64,000 nucleotides of DNA from Blasia pusilla (taxonomy: Eukaryota): contig CM114271.1 of the NCBI GenBank assembly GCA_050084515.1, forward strand, positions 17,360,001-17,424,000, in the 5' to 3' direction. Shown here in pieces: positions 43,186 through 57,510 of the stretch (its first letter is position 1; every line of letters starts with the position of its first letter). The notes under the pieces are model-generated. The model was not told the origin of the DNA. It did not search any database and was given only the letters and a program-made list of their open reading frames with translations. A program made the translations under genes and the position numbers.

Positions 43186-44868
43186 CTAGGATTAAGGTTA
43201 GAGTTTCTTGTCCATACCCCATATAATTGAGAAAGGGAGTTAGGGACTAGTTTCCATTCATTCTCTCATTGAAAAAGTTTGTTTTCCATGGAGATATGTG
43301 TTTGTGTGTAAGAGTTATATTCCCTCAGTTATGTTTGTTTAGTAATGTACATATTATTAGATACAAGTAATACTTCAACTTGGGAGACTCAAACATGCCC
43401 AATGCACATGAGTTGAGTCTCAACCTATGTTCGTCCTTCGAGACTTTGAGATACTATTAGAACTTGGTGGCATAGTGAGAAGGATAAGGAGATGGAACTT
43501 GAAAGCCATAATATTTCCAATATGGGATTTTTAGTCTTAGGGGCCATATGGCATCGATAACTATGATGAGGAGTTCGAATTCCCAAATCCAAAGGTTGGT
43601 AAGGAGGTAGAAGATGGACAAAATATCCACAAGGATGGAGTATTCTTGGAGTACATATTTATTGGCAATAAATGTGTTGATTAACCAAGATCTTGAATTT
43701 CGTGGGGAATTTTATGAATTATGTGACCACACACTAAATGACCAATGCCTGAGATTTGATCATCTTGAGTTTGAAGTTGAGGTAGAGAGAGTTGTCCACA
43801 CATTGAAGAGAGGTTTGTATGAATATAATTTGTAGTGTAGTAGAGAGTTTCCCTAAGAGATTAGGATCCATCATTACAATGGTTGGAGAGGGGCTATAAT
43901 TTTGTAGGCAAGCATCCTTATCACCTTATTTTATGCTTTGGACTATGGATAAGAGCCAAAATTACATAACATCATTTGTTGTGTTGTTGAAGAGATGTTG
44001 AACCTCCATGACCCAGATGGTTAGGTGAAAATATCTCAAGTTGATCTCAATGGGCAAACATATTGTAACAAGTCACACCCACAATGTTCAAGAATTTGGC
44101 TATTGCGAAACAAGGGGATACATTGGGTTTTATGACTATTTAGGGAGGAGATTATCAGTATGTCATTAAGAGATTTTATAGGTAAAAATGGTACATTCCA
44201 TTTCATACTTCATCTCAAGTGGATTTGCTAGAGATGTAACCACCATACTATTTTATGATAGATGGTCTAGAGGGTGGCACATGTCATGCTTGACTCTCGC
44301 TCTATTTGAGGTTTATGGTAACAATGGATATATCCCAAATACACATAAGATAGATAGTTATAGATGTAGACTTGCTTGAGTGATATGGATCAGAAGAAGG
44401 TGACTAACGATGGGGCTAGCAACACATGTGTTTGGTCTTTGACTCTTACAATTGATATCATAAAGATGAATGTCATTATATACATGGATAGATGACTATC
44501 TAGATTTAAAAGAACTTAATCACTAATGAGGCGCCTCATAAATATTGAAGATTGAAGTACAATCAAACTCATCGATCATACGAATTGCTTTATTTTGTAC
44601 TTAGATAAAATATGAAAGCTTAATCTTGGTTAGTTAGTTAAGCACATCTTAACTATGGTTAATTAATCATAATTAGTATAACTAGAGACAACTGTTAGAG
44701 TTAGGATCAGGGTTTCTTGTACATACCCTATATAATTGAGAAGGGGATCCATCCCCTCTCATTCTCTGATTGCAAAATTTTTTTCTCCATGGTGATGTAT
44801 GTGTGAGAGAGTTATATTCCATTAGTTATATATGTTTGTTTAACAGTTTTGTACATAGTATTAGAGCG
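43186..44868 (+). mobile_element. Degenerate LTR-retroelement remnant (two related ~180-bp LTR-like segments)
   Basis: 43186-43364 and 44695-44868 are similar (GTTTCTTGT.CATACCC.ATATAATTGAGAA...GAGTTATATTCC). The second ends TGTACA followed by PBS-like TAGTATTAGAGC. Confidence 0.45.
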
Positions 44869-47221
44869 ATATGAGGATATCAATTGAAATTCTGATGCAT
44901 AAGGAAGGAAGCGAGGCAAGAGAAGGCACAATTTTAGTTTGGGGAAATGAGATTTCAATTAGAGTTTAGCGATAGAAGATTTAGGTGGAGCTATGAAGAT
45001 GAATAAAATTTAGAGGTATTTTTTAAGGCTTTCCCAATTTATTCAATAGTCTAAGTGTCGCGATCCTCATAATCAAACAACACCAAATAGGTGCCAAGCG
45101 GAACATCAAAACTCAAGTGGACTCACACTGCGATGTTTGCGCTTTGGAAAGGCGTTTGGAAAGATCTCTTGGAAAAAATCCAAGAGACGAAACGCGGAAC
45201 ACAGTTCTGCGTTTCATGCGTTAGTGGTCACGACCAGGAAACCTAGACTACACGCGAGCCAAGACTTGAGATGAGTTGAGTCTTGGAAGGTTGGTTGCCA
45301 AAGAGGTGAGAATCAGTTTTGCAACACGATTAGCGTTTGGGGAATTTGACTGTGTTTTGGACCATAACGTTTGGCCCCAAAATGCGTTCAGGACAAGTAA
45401 GGGCGCGTTGGAAAGCTTATCTTGAGACGCTTCTCAAAAAATGCATAAGTACAGAGTGAGATATTGGCCGAAAATGAGTGTGAGAGCAATCGGGTTGAGG
45501 CCAATTGGAGAGGCCCGGGTGTCTTTCCCTAAATATAGGGAACCCCGGAGATCCCCTGAAGTACTAGTAAGGGAGGAGTCTCTCCAAGATGGCTTGGAAC
45601 ACGAATCTCCACTTTGAGCATCAAACGGCATCTCAGAGGCATGGGATGGCACGAGAGTTTGGCGTTGGAACTCGAAACCCAAACTTGATCCAAGGGAGTG
45701 GACTTTGTACGCCACACTTGGATTCCAACCCGAGATTCACTTCGTGCGAGTCTCGGTTAGGGACTCATTGGATGTCCATCGGAGAGTTGGAACCTCCAGG
45801 CACGAAACGCCGTTTGAGGTTCTTGAACCGACCAGAAAGTCTGTCCCAAGTCTTTCGAGACTTGCCTGTGTTATAAACCGTGAAACTAAGAGGGTTGAGC
45901 TTGAGGAGAGACCGAGACGAGAACTCAGAAAGTTAGCCCGCTCATTGATCCAAGACAAGACTAACCAGAGTGCGTGTTTGGATGTAGATCAGCGTTGAGA
46001 GCGTGACCTACTGAACGCACGCTTTCGCAACAACAAGATTAACATTCAAGGAGAGTAGGCGCACAACACTAAGTGGCCAACGATCAAAATAATGTCGTAC
46101 CGTTTGTTTTAACCGTCTTATAGAGTTCATCGAGAGGTTTCCAACACATTCAAAATTAATTTATTTCGATGTTCCTAAGCTCCCACAATAGCAATTTTAT
46201 TGTAGGAAAGTGCAATTAGCAAAGGAAAGTTATGGAGTTTATTCTCTACAAGGCAATTTCAACTAGTTCTTTCCTATAGTAAGTTAATTTGGGCAAATTT
46301 CTAGTCAATTTTTGTGTTGAAATGATCTATGTTTCAATTGGATCAATGTACAACATGAAATTCTAATTTGTGAGTAAAATGATTCTTGATGGAATGTTCT
46401 TATTGACTTTTATATATATATAAAAGAGTCATATTCTCTATTATTTTTGTCATTAATTAATGATTAAGGAACAAGGTTTAACATAGAAAAAGTCTGTGTC
46501 CACGGACTTATATCCGTATTATGGGTGGACATGTCCATACGTATCGCGACCCTTATAACCAAACGAATGCCAAGTGAAACTCTAGCGGGCTCACGTGTAA
46601 CCATCCTCTGTTAGTCATAGTTAAGTTAGAATCTATGATATGAAGCGTGTAAGTGGGAAAGAATAAACCAAAAGAGAAAAGACAAGATACATGAGATAAA
46701 GATGAGAGTGGGGCCATAGATTGATGAAAAGGAAGATAAAGATGAGGTTGAGACATTAGAGTCCAAAGGATATCCTCTCATGCTATAACAGTAGAACATA
46801 TGGCATAAGGATTAATAGAGCTAATTTGTCTTCATTGTACCTATCTCTAAGTATATAAAGGAAGAGGAGAGGCCTTGAAGGGCATGCTACCTTTGAGCAA
46901 CTCTAGAGTGGTTCCGTGGGCTGGAGAGTTAAAACGGTATAAGACCAAGGTTGCTCTTCCAACGAGAGTGGATTACCTCGCTTGGAAGGATGATCAAGTA
47001 ATGATACAATGTCGAGAGTAGATAGGTTGTTAGAGGCTGGCAGTGGCTATTGAGCTGCAAGTAGAGTAAGGGGCAAGGGCTATTTTGCAAGTAATGGATG
47101 AAGGGGGAGCAAGAGTGGCTCCTAATTTTTCGCTTCTTAATCCGTTCACCATCAAACTCTTATATGTTGATAGACACTGGTTCACAAGATACCTCGGATA
47201 TCACTTTGGTGAAGTTTTCAT

Positions 47222-50200
47222 GACGCAAGTGACTCTCGCATACGCCCTCCGTAACACCGCATGGGCCACCAATTTGGTCCACCATAGACGCGGGAGATGG
47301 GCTCTAGAACCTACACTCGCCGCACCCAAGAACACTGCAGGGCCGATCCAGGCATGCACCTAATGAGCACTCATCACCACCCGTGACCAGGAGTCTCCTA
47401 AGATCGACACATTCTCCAGAATGTAGGCTGGAGAACGAGATTAGTGCTCCTGCAACTGCAGTAAGACCCTCAACATCTCCCAAAACAACCACGATCGAGT
47501 GTCAGCCAACCCACTGCCTCGTCTAGCACTCGATTGGCCCTGACATGGCCAACCGGAAATGACCAAATTGATGGTGCCTAACCGGTCTAAGTCTTGCGCC
47601 CCGAGCAACAAAATATCCCTCGGTGGAGAACTCTGGTACCCCTCTACCGCGCACGCAGACAATAAGTTTGGAAAACGTAGGCGTTACTACACCACATGTC
47701 GTAGTGAGATGCGCCTCGCAACATCATCACTCTCCACATACAGGTACTGCTGCACTCGCACTCCTGCTTGCAAAACAACAACTAACCCAGTGCTAATCCC
47801 TCTAAAGAGATCTAACACTCGAATACCCTCCTCCAAGATACACCACACAATGGGTATGATATCCAAGGGTATCATCGTAGCACTCCCTGTTACCTCAGGT
47901 TTTTGAGACCCGTCATGCTCTAGTGCAAACGCCTCGCTCCACGCGGTTTGCAAGTGCTCATCTTCCAATCGTCGAAGCTCCTCAGTCGAGCCCCACAGGT
48001 GCACCTCTCCTCCACGGAATGATGCGGCTTCCATAACACTCCTCTCCATAGAAATTTCAGGAACGGGAGTATCCTTTGCATAGACGTGTCCCTCAATCAA
48101 ATCACTAGGCCAAGTGATGGCACTGCTAAATACTGCTAACGTCGCCGTCTTTCCTGGCCGTTGCTTGATCACTGCACATGTGAATCGAACGGGTAATGAG
48201 CTAAGGCGCCCATCACCTGATTGCCATCTTGGTCTATAGAACGCTGACTCTTCCCAATAGTCCAGGGAAAACCCTATCGGGTATAACACTGCTCCACCAA
48301 CCAAGACGTCGTAGGACTCTACATCAGTCACTATCGCCTTGGCTCGCACCACGGACTCATCTGTAGGATATCTCGCGTGAATCCTCACCACGACCTCCTG
48401 TCGGGTGATATACTGTGTGGTACTTGCTCCATCCAAGGATGTCTGTATCCAGAATGGACAACGCTCCACATCGGCTCTCGTCAAGCCCAATCCTCTCAAT
48501 GACGCTTTCCCCAACATCAAGGGTTGCGCTCCTGAATCCAACAAGACACGCTGCGGACTAAATGCTCTACCTCCGAGACTCATCAACTGTAAGACCTCTC
48601 CTCGGTTATCCAGCAACACAACACCAGGAGAAGCCATGGCACGCTCTATCGCGGGTCTAGCGGGCATCTTTGCCATCCTAGCAGCCGCACCCTGCCATGA
48701 ATCTGACGTGGACGGCCCAAGCATCCGCTCCAAGGGCAGGTCCATCACCTCCTTTGCAATCATCTCTGAACGTGATGCAGGAACTCCAACTCCACGCTCA
48801 CATAGCGTAGCGGCCAGCCAAAAAGCCTTGGCGGGCATACCCATCAACGTCATAACATCGGAAGCAAAAAATAAAGGAGCGCGGTACACAATGGTGGCCG
48901 CCCCCAACAACGTGCTCGACACATGCCCCTCTTGAGCATCAACAATAGGAGTCGTCGCACTTGCTTCTTCCATCGCCCTACGTGCCTGCACACCAACAAC
49001 ATCACCAACTCTCTAGGAACTCTGATCAGGACCCATGGGGTCCTGATCAGAGTGAAAGACTGAGGAAGGTCCTCATCGCCTCGGACAAAGTGAAAGACTG
49101 AGGAAGCCTAGTCTATTTCCTGGATTCCCCTCGGTGTGGATCCAACTCTGCGGCTGCTCCACACGTCACAACTGCGGCAGCCTCCATCTCAGCAACCCTG
49201 CACATCCAACCAAGATCCTCCATATCTCTGGCTGCTCCATATGATGTTGATGCCACGGATCCAGCATCGGGTAATCTGCTCTTGTAGCGGATGTATCTGA
49301 GCAGCTATCCTAGCCACACGCCCGGCATCTCCCTCGACGCATCTAGGTGGTAGGACTCTAGCTCCTCCATGGGTAGCTCCACCATACTGTCAAGAAACTC
49401 CAGCTCCTCGTCCCCCAACATGACCACCTGGTGCACGATCTCTAGGCCCACCCGAATCGGCTACTCGCTTTGGTGCCCTCTCTGGCCCTCGGTCCAGACG
49501 TAACTCAAGATGTAAAGTGAAACACCTGGCGCGTGTATGACCATACCTCTGATAATAGTCACACTGATAACCTCCTGGTGCAGCATCATCTCCTCCTCCA
49601 TGCTGAGGCACACGTCCATGATCCTGACGAGTGCAATCGCGCTGATCATGGGCTCCACCACATCACCAACAAGTAATAGTTGGTGGTTGCTGTTGAGCTG
49701 CATATGAAGGCGCAGGTTTCTGTGGCACGGCCTCCCGGTATCCTCCCTGAGCTCCTGGTGCCACAGTCGACCTATCTCGGAGTCCACGTTGCTGCATAGG
49801 TAGTGCAGACAATCGTGACTCCTCTCGCCCTGAACACCTGATGGCTACGCTCTCCTCCGCCATATTGCGCTCAATGTTCTCGGCGGTCCTGGAAACATCT
49901 CTCAACGTAGGGGAGGTATTCATAAGAAGCACCCCCTCCCGTACCTGTGTCCGCAGGGTCCGGTCCAGCATCGCGTACCATGACTGGATAGCCTAAGCCT
50001 CTGTCATCCCCTGAGTGACGTTGATCAACCGGTGCAAGCGAGTGTAAGCCTCACGCAAACTCTCACCCGGGCGTCTGTGGAAGTCGTGGATGCTCCGCAA
50101 CTTCTCCGTCCGTACCCCCTAGTAACTCGCCCTCAACTCAGCAAAGAACTCAACCACATGGTTGAACTTGGGACGAACCCGACTAGACGGTGCAATTGCT

Positions 50201-50860
50201 CCCGTGCGAGTGACCCCTCCTAAAACGTTACTAGTGGAAAAGGAAGTAGCCTCTCCTGACTCCTCCTCCTCATCTGGGAATGGCTCTATCCATGACACAT
50301 AATGTGGGTCATAGTAGAGCCTCCACGCCTCGATCTCACGTGCATATCTCTGAGAGAACTCATGGTAATCTTCCATGGGCGCCCCCCTCTAAATGCTGGA
50401 ACATACCATTCCATGTTGTAAACGGGTTGAACTCTCTAGAGTTCTTGGCCCGCTGGAAGTCGCACCAACTCCTAAACTCTACTATGAAATCGTGCAACTC
50501 AATTGTGCCTACTGCACCTGAAAACCTACGCGGTCCTCTACCCCGATCATCCATCTCGTACGCCCAACTGGTAGGACCACTCATAATGTGTGGCGATGTG
50601 CTCACAAACTCCTCTACATGCTCCCCCTCGTCTAAAGATGACAGAGAAGGAGATTGAGGTGGTCTCTCACGTGGAGACCAAAGAACGTGGTGGTGGCGCA
50701 AGTCAGAGAATCAACGGTGGTCGTGGAAGACCTTCCACTTCGTAATGGCGGCAATGGCAACCAAAGAGTGGACAACGGCCGAATGCCGCTCTGAGCAATG
50801 TTGGGCAATGGCAAGGGCCGACGGTGGACGGTGGACCATTGACGGTAACGGTTTACCATT
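47222..50860 (-). mobile_element. Decayed, 3'-truncated retroelement (gypsy-like gag-protease) carrying a C5 DNA methyltransferase domain
   Basis: Gag fragments at 50701-49390, including FHRRPGESLREAYTRL and two knuckles (CW*CGGAHDQRDC, CDYYQRYGHTRARC). Protease VLLDSGAQ (DSG at 48538-48530). MTase in the same frame from ~47820 to 47231. No introns. Confidence 0.85.
47231..47830 (-). pseudogene. DNMT3-like cytosine-5 methyltransferase catalytic domain (retroelement-borne, 4 in-frame stops)
   Basis: Motif I VLDLFRGIS (47818-47792); motif II YVESD; motif IV LVISGWPCQGQS (PC at 47548-47543); LFWEMLRVL; motif VI YILENV (ENV at 47416-47408); motif VIII-like PAVFLGAASVGSRAHLPRLWWTKL. Confidence 0.88.
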
Positions 50861-51510
50861 AACTAGTGACTATGACGGCGACGGCCGCCGCTGGCGTGGC
50901 GGCTGGTTTAGGGTTTGAACAATTTAACCCTTAAAATCGCCTAGCAATGGCAGTTTTGCAAGATTGACCATAACTTTTTACTCGCAACTCCAAATTGTGC
51001 AACGTGCACAGCTTCACGATCTACAACAACGTCAAAACATATTTGGAATTGGACATTCCAGTAAAAACTGATAGGGACTGTCATAAAGCCAAATGTCTCT
51101 TTCTCCTATACAAAATTTGGCAGTGCTTCCGCGCTGATTTCTCCCAACCAAAATGTAAAACCTGTAAAAATACAAATCAGCAAGCTACATGGTGCTCCCA
51201 AGAGCACGGGCATGGGGCAACTTGCTCCCATGATCAATCCTTGTCAGAAATTGGGCAGCGCTTCCGCACGCCACTCTTCCTCACGAAAAATCGGAAAATG
51301 CAAAGAACAATCAAAGCAGCCCTTGCTCCGGTGAGCACTCCCATGAGCCGCTGAACAGGGAATACAGTCTTCAACTTGCAAAAACAACAAGTGACCAGCG
51401 AGCTCCCCCATGAAGCTCTCTCACTCTCTCATTCTCTTATTCTCTCTTTGTAAAGTAAGATCCAATCTCTCTCTACACCATCTCACACCATAGCTCTCAA
51501 AGGTGTGCAC

Positions 51511-52148
51511 ATATTAGCATAGTGGCTCCAGCGCGGGTAAAACCATCGATCGATGGCCCGGATCCAATATAGTGCCCTCCAGTCACATCCAACGTCGTGG
51601 GTGCCGTCTGCTGCAAGTAAACATAATCATCCCAAACCAAGCTAGGTACGGCCTCCTTGAATACATAGGAAGAGGGAAAACTAAAAAATGTGGGAAAGGC
51701 TTCCTGTGGCATGCCAATCGTGTTTATCACAATCAATGGCGGTCGATCATCTAGCCTTATTGCTTGTGATCGATGGCCCGGATCCAATATAGAATCCACA
51801 ACCAATCGGAGGGGCGCTCCACTCTCGCATATGCCCTCCGCAACACCTCGTGTGGTACCAAGTTGGTCCGCCAAAGACGCGAGCGATGTGCTTGTAAATC
51901 CACACTCATCCCATCCAACAAAATTTCCGGGCTGATCCATGCGCACATCTAATGTGCACTTGTCACCACACGGAATCTCGAATCGCCCAAAATCAGTACA
52001 TTCTTCGGAATGTATGTTGGATATTGTGCGCATACACATCGCTATACAACATACATCGCTATCACCGAACACACACACAAACACGCACGATCCCATGCTA
52101 ACTCATGGCATCCAAACAACGAGGCAAGAAGTACTACAATATCTCCAA
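51511..52148 (-). pseudogene. Second diverged MTase fragment (motif VI to post-motif VIII) between 60-bp direct repeats
   Basis: YIPKNVLILGDSRFRVVTSAH*MCAWISPEILLDGMSVDLQAHRSRLWRTNLVPHEVLRRAYARV aligns to copy 1. After a frameshift it continues VVDSILDPGHRSQ...AFPTFFSFPSSYVF. Perfect repeats at 51451-51510 and 52149-52208. Confidence 0.8.
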
Positions 52149-52189
52149 TAAAGTAAGATCCAATCTCTCTCTACACCATCTCACACCAT

Positions 52190-53475
<1,286 letters not shown>

Positions 53476-54435
53476 TGTTGTGGGTTCTCTGATGATTGCC
53501 ATGGTTTGCACTATTAGGATTTCACATAAAATTTTCTGTAGTTTTCTTCCTATTTTTTAACTATGGTTAGTTTTGCGAACTATGATTGGAATTTTATCAT
53601 AGTTACAAGTCTCAATTAGTTTACTAGTTACCTCTTTAACTATTCTTGTGAGTTTTGGTTATGTTTAATTGTGCACATGATGTTATGGCCTACCCCTACT
53701 GTGTTGGCGTGTTTGTGATGTCCTGCTCATATTATGCTCGCCTATTCCTGGTGTGCTGGCCTGGTCCTATTGTGTCGGCCCTTCCACCTTGCCCTACCAT
53801 GCAGTGGTCCCTTCTGCTGGTCTCTTCTAGGAAACTATATAACTTCCCCTCTCTTCCCTTCTTCTTTGATTCACTTTTACTCCTGCCCTCTAAGGATGTG
53901 GGTTTTGAGATTAGCTTCTACATACCTTAACCTCTGTCGGTGCCTTGATCAACTAACAAGGTATGTGCATTGGTGTGGAGAATGCTCCAAGAACCAATCT
54001 AGCACAAACTCTTTCAACCACCTCTCTTCAAGAATTGTGTATTCTAATGAGGTGTTGCTTTTCAAGCACCCAGTTCTCAATAGAAGTTGTAGATCAATTC
54101 TACATGCAATCCATTTCAGATTTGCTCTTTCACGTTTGTAAGTGATCACCCTCATGTACATGGTTCACAGGAAGATCCTATCGGGATCTACTATCTTTCT
54201 ATCCTTTTAAAGTTTCAAAAGTAAGATCTGAGAGGAAGTAGAATTCTGATTTCAATAGGTTATGGGCCCAAGATTGCTTTTCATAGAATAGCAACGTGCA
54301 ATAAATCATAAGGGAGTAAGAATTTCTGTCAAAGGAAAATATTTCTTTCTCCCTATTTTAACACAGCTGCAAAATTAGCAACCATGGTATCCACTTACAT
54401 GATACCCATCCATCCTCTTAAAGGGTTTAGGGATA

Positions 54436-54607
54436 TAAAAAAGTGTTTAAGAGCTAGTGTATAAATTATTAATGTCTTTCCATGAAGGGAAGAGATTAAT
54501 GATGTTCCCCATAAAATCAAATTTTTTCTTGTTGCCCGTAACATGTCATATGTCAAATAGAGATATGTTTGCAAATCAAGAAGGCACTCTCCCATACTAA
54601 TGTAGAT
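54436..54607 (-). mobile_element. Helitron-like repeat copy
   Basis: Same family: TTTGCAAATCAAGAAGGCACTCTCCCATACTAATGTAGAT on the plus strand. Confidence 0.7.
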
Positions 54608-55490
54608 TAATTCAAGATGAAAGGAATTTCCGTTGTCACAGTACCTCTCTTTATGTAACATGCAACCATTGAAGGTCGACAAATCTAAGATTCATTTATC
54701 CTATGAAACTATAATACATGAACAATTGGATTCAGCCCAATTAATTGTTTCCTTGCTTGAAAAAATCAATTCTAAGGTCTATCGCACTAAGCTCACTCAA
54801 ATAAAACTTATCGCTCAGATACACCACACTTCCAAAAAGAAAAAAAACCAGTATATAATGACATACAACTGATCTAATTTGTTGTAAAACATAGTAACTT
54901 GGAGTTTACTATTGAAAAGTAGCTGATAGAATTACTATAGTAACTTAGTGTTTACCACAATAATTAGTAATTTCTTGTTATCCTAGATTTACCTCGATAA
55001 TTCTGAGAATTACTGTGGGCGACAAGCCCTAACCCTAAAACCTATAAACTCATTCTCTTGGCTATATGTAACCCTCTGAGGATGCCCTGCGAAATTACAT
55101 TCTCTTAAGCCTTTCTGAACACAACTCTCGCGGCTGAGGAGCTGATTGAGAAGCATTGAGTCTGCTTTGCCTACATGAGTGGATTGTGCTTCTGACCTTA
55201 GTAGTTAAGTGTGCTTAGTAGTTCAGTGCGTTGCTGCTTACAGATTGAGAGGTTTGTTGACATGAGGGGTTCAGTGAGTCTTGTGATACAAAGTGTCTAG
55301 TAATACTAACCTGAGTGGTTGCTATTGAGATGTCTACTGCTGGGAACCTGAGTGGTTGCTATTGCACTAAGTGTGCTTGAGAATGCAAGGTAATCTGGTG
55401 ATGCAAGTTGTCTAGTGCTTTCCTCTACAATCTAACCTAAGAGGTTGCTATTGCACTAAGTGTGCTTGTAATAGCCAAGTTGCAGTGAAA

Positions 55491-56349
55491 CTCTGATATT
55501 ATAAAATAATTAGATACGAACATGCCCACCCTAGTTCAAAAGAATAGAGACATTTTGCACACCACCATCATCTCATTTTAATGTGTTCCAAAGACTGAAA
55601 CACTTTAAAACACAATCCAAGTAAGTATAGTCTTGCCACTGCTCTTGATAAGATGTATGCAATGAGAAACTGATTGACCAGCATAAGTATCTCCTTGTAC
55701 AAATTCAGAGCTAGCAACAGCTAGACCATCCATGATTTCAACTTATACACAATCAACAAATCAGTTTCTATCTCTATTGCCAAATCAGAGCCCTATCATG
55801 ATGTGACTCTTCTTATTCTCTAAGAGATACTAAGAAGGATTCTACACAGCCACACCTTGCACTCACACTACAGATCCTCACATATCACCAGCTCAGAGAT
55901 CAGACATGGTTCACCTCATTGAGCATAAACAATCTCCATCAACATACTAGACAAAACAATCTGCCTTCCAGTGAGGCTCTAGCAAGCATAGCAATTAGTC
56001 TCAATCTCCTCTTCCTACTCTTTGATCACTCTGTAGCAAGACCAAGAGCCTCAAGAGTTCTCACCAAAATTGTGCATGCTGTAGAATTAGCTTCTGCTCT
56101 CTAAACAGAGACATTATATACATGAGGATGAGCACTTCTGGCCCTTAGATCTTCTTGAACAGATCCATACCCTAAATAACAAATGGTGGCTAGCCCTAAC
56201 TCGAGAATTGCCCTAAGTCAAGGTTACCCTAAAAAGATAGAGGAACACTAAGTTATCTCTAGCTCACCCTAAATTAATATCCAACTAGATTAGTATTTGA
56301 CTGATTACTTTTAGGGCATGACTAAACTAGATATTAACAAGTTTCAACA
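55491..56349 (-). mobile_element. LTR with PBS-like site (LTR retroelement 5' fragment)
   Basis: Begins TGTTGAAAC on the minus strand at 56349. PBS-like TAATATCAGAG at 55501-55491. About 690 bp is homologous to 59199-59890. Confidence 0.65.
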
Positions 56350-57510
56350 TGCACAACTACCATATGCATGGATTAGCCTCTAGTAGGTTAGTCACACTAG
56401 AACTTGAGTGCTAAATATGTTCCATCCTAGATCGTCCCGACTATTGAACTTACATTTGCTATAGTCCTGTGTTTGAACTTGTCATTAATCTGTGTTTCTT
56501 TGCTTGTCTCAAGATTGAATAGAGTGTTTAGAATGTGATTTTGTTTTCCGGGAGGTTGAGAGAGTGGACTCATGACATTACTCAAAAGTAATGTAGGTTA
56601 ATTGTGTGCTCACAAGACATGCACATTGTCAATAATCTGTAGTATTCAACAAGTAAAGCCACAAACGACCACGATGGAATTACAATTTTCTGCTCTCAAA
56701 ACATGTACAAAGTCAACAATCTGACATCAATTTGTTGCACAGCTGGAGGGAGGAACCGAGAGCAAGCTGCACACAAAGTAGTTAAGGTTTGAACTGGGTA
56801 CAAATGTACACATACACTCCACAACAGTGGGCCATTTCCTGGTGAACTCTCAAAAGAAAATATGAATGCCCTGGTTCTCTTTGTCTTGAAAAGACGAGAG
56901 AACGTAGTCAGTGAGATTGTCGATATCAAGATTTGCGTTAGCATCGACTGGCAACTGAGTTTCGGAAACGGAATATCACACATAGATGTCATCATGCACA
57001 TATACAGCTGTCTTAGGTGTATATGTAACCGCACGCTGAGATATGTACTAAGACTTGCTAATAGTTTTGCACAAGTCCACTGGCTTACTACAGCTGTACC
57101 TGTACAAGCTGTTCAAAAATACGGGAGACCAATCCAATTTTCAAAATATTTCACAACCTGGCCTGCAGAGCAAAATGTAGATGATGAGAAATATTGATAT
57201 TGAATGCAAGCTCAATAGCCCAATGATTCAAAAAAGGACAGGTGTGACCAGTCTCTTGTTTCTTCATCCTCAAAAGCTTTGCCAATGTTAGTTTTGCAAC
57301 TTCTATACATGATGGTAAATAAAAAACTGTGCACTTCAGGTGAGGGATTGAAGTAAACGTTTATTCGTTGAGAGCTATGATGTGTAGAATGTTGGCATGT
57401 TCAAGGCTACTCATTCAGAAAATTGACTTGACAAACTACCCTAAGCCTAACATCCCTCATCATCCTTGTCAGATGACCATAATCTCCTTCTATTTTCAGA
57501 CACTTGAAAT

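Noticed and set aside
45050-46200. Retroelement-like non-coding sequence (also 12600-13400 and 22700-23330)
   Set aside because: Looks TE-derived, but no termini, TSD or protein motif could be pinned down.
47231-47830. Host DNMT3/DRM gene or bacterial restriction-modification MTase
   Set aside because: Intronless, fused in frame to a retro-protease downstream of gag, motifs in unpermuted order (not DRM), and no partner nuclease.
48405-48935. 176-aa plus-strand ORF (likewise 35580-36143 and ORFs opposite PDH, FMO and DnaJ exons)
   Set aside because: Antisense shadows of real coding frames with no recognisable motifs.
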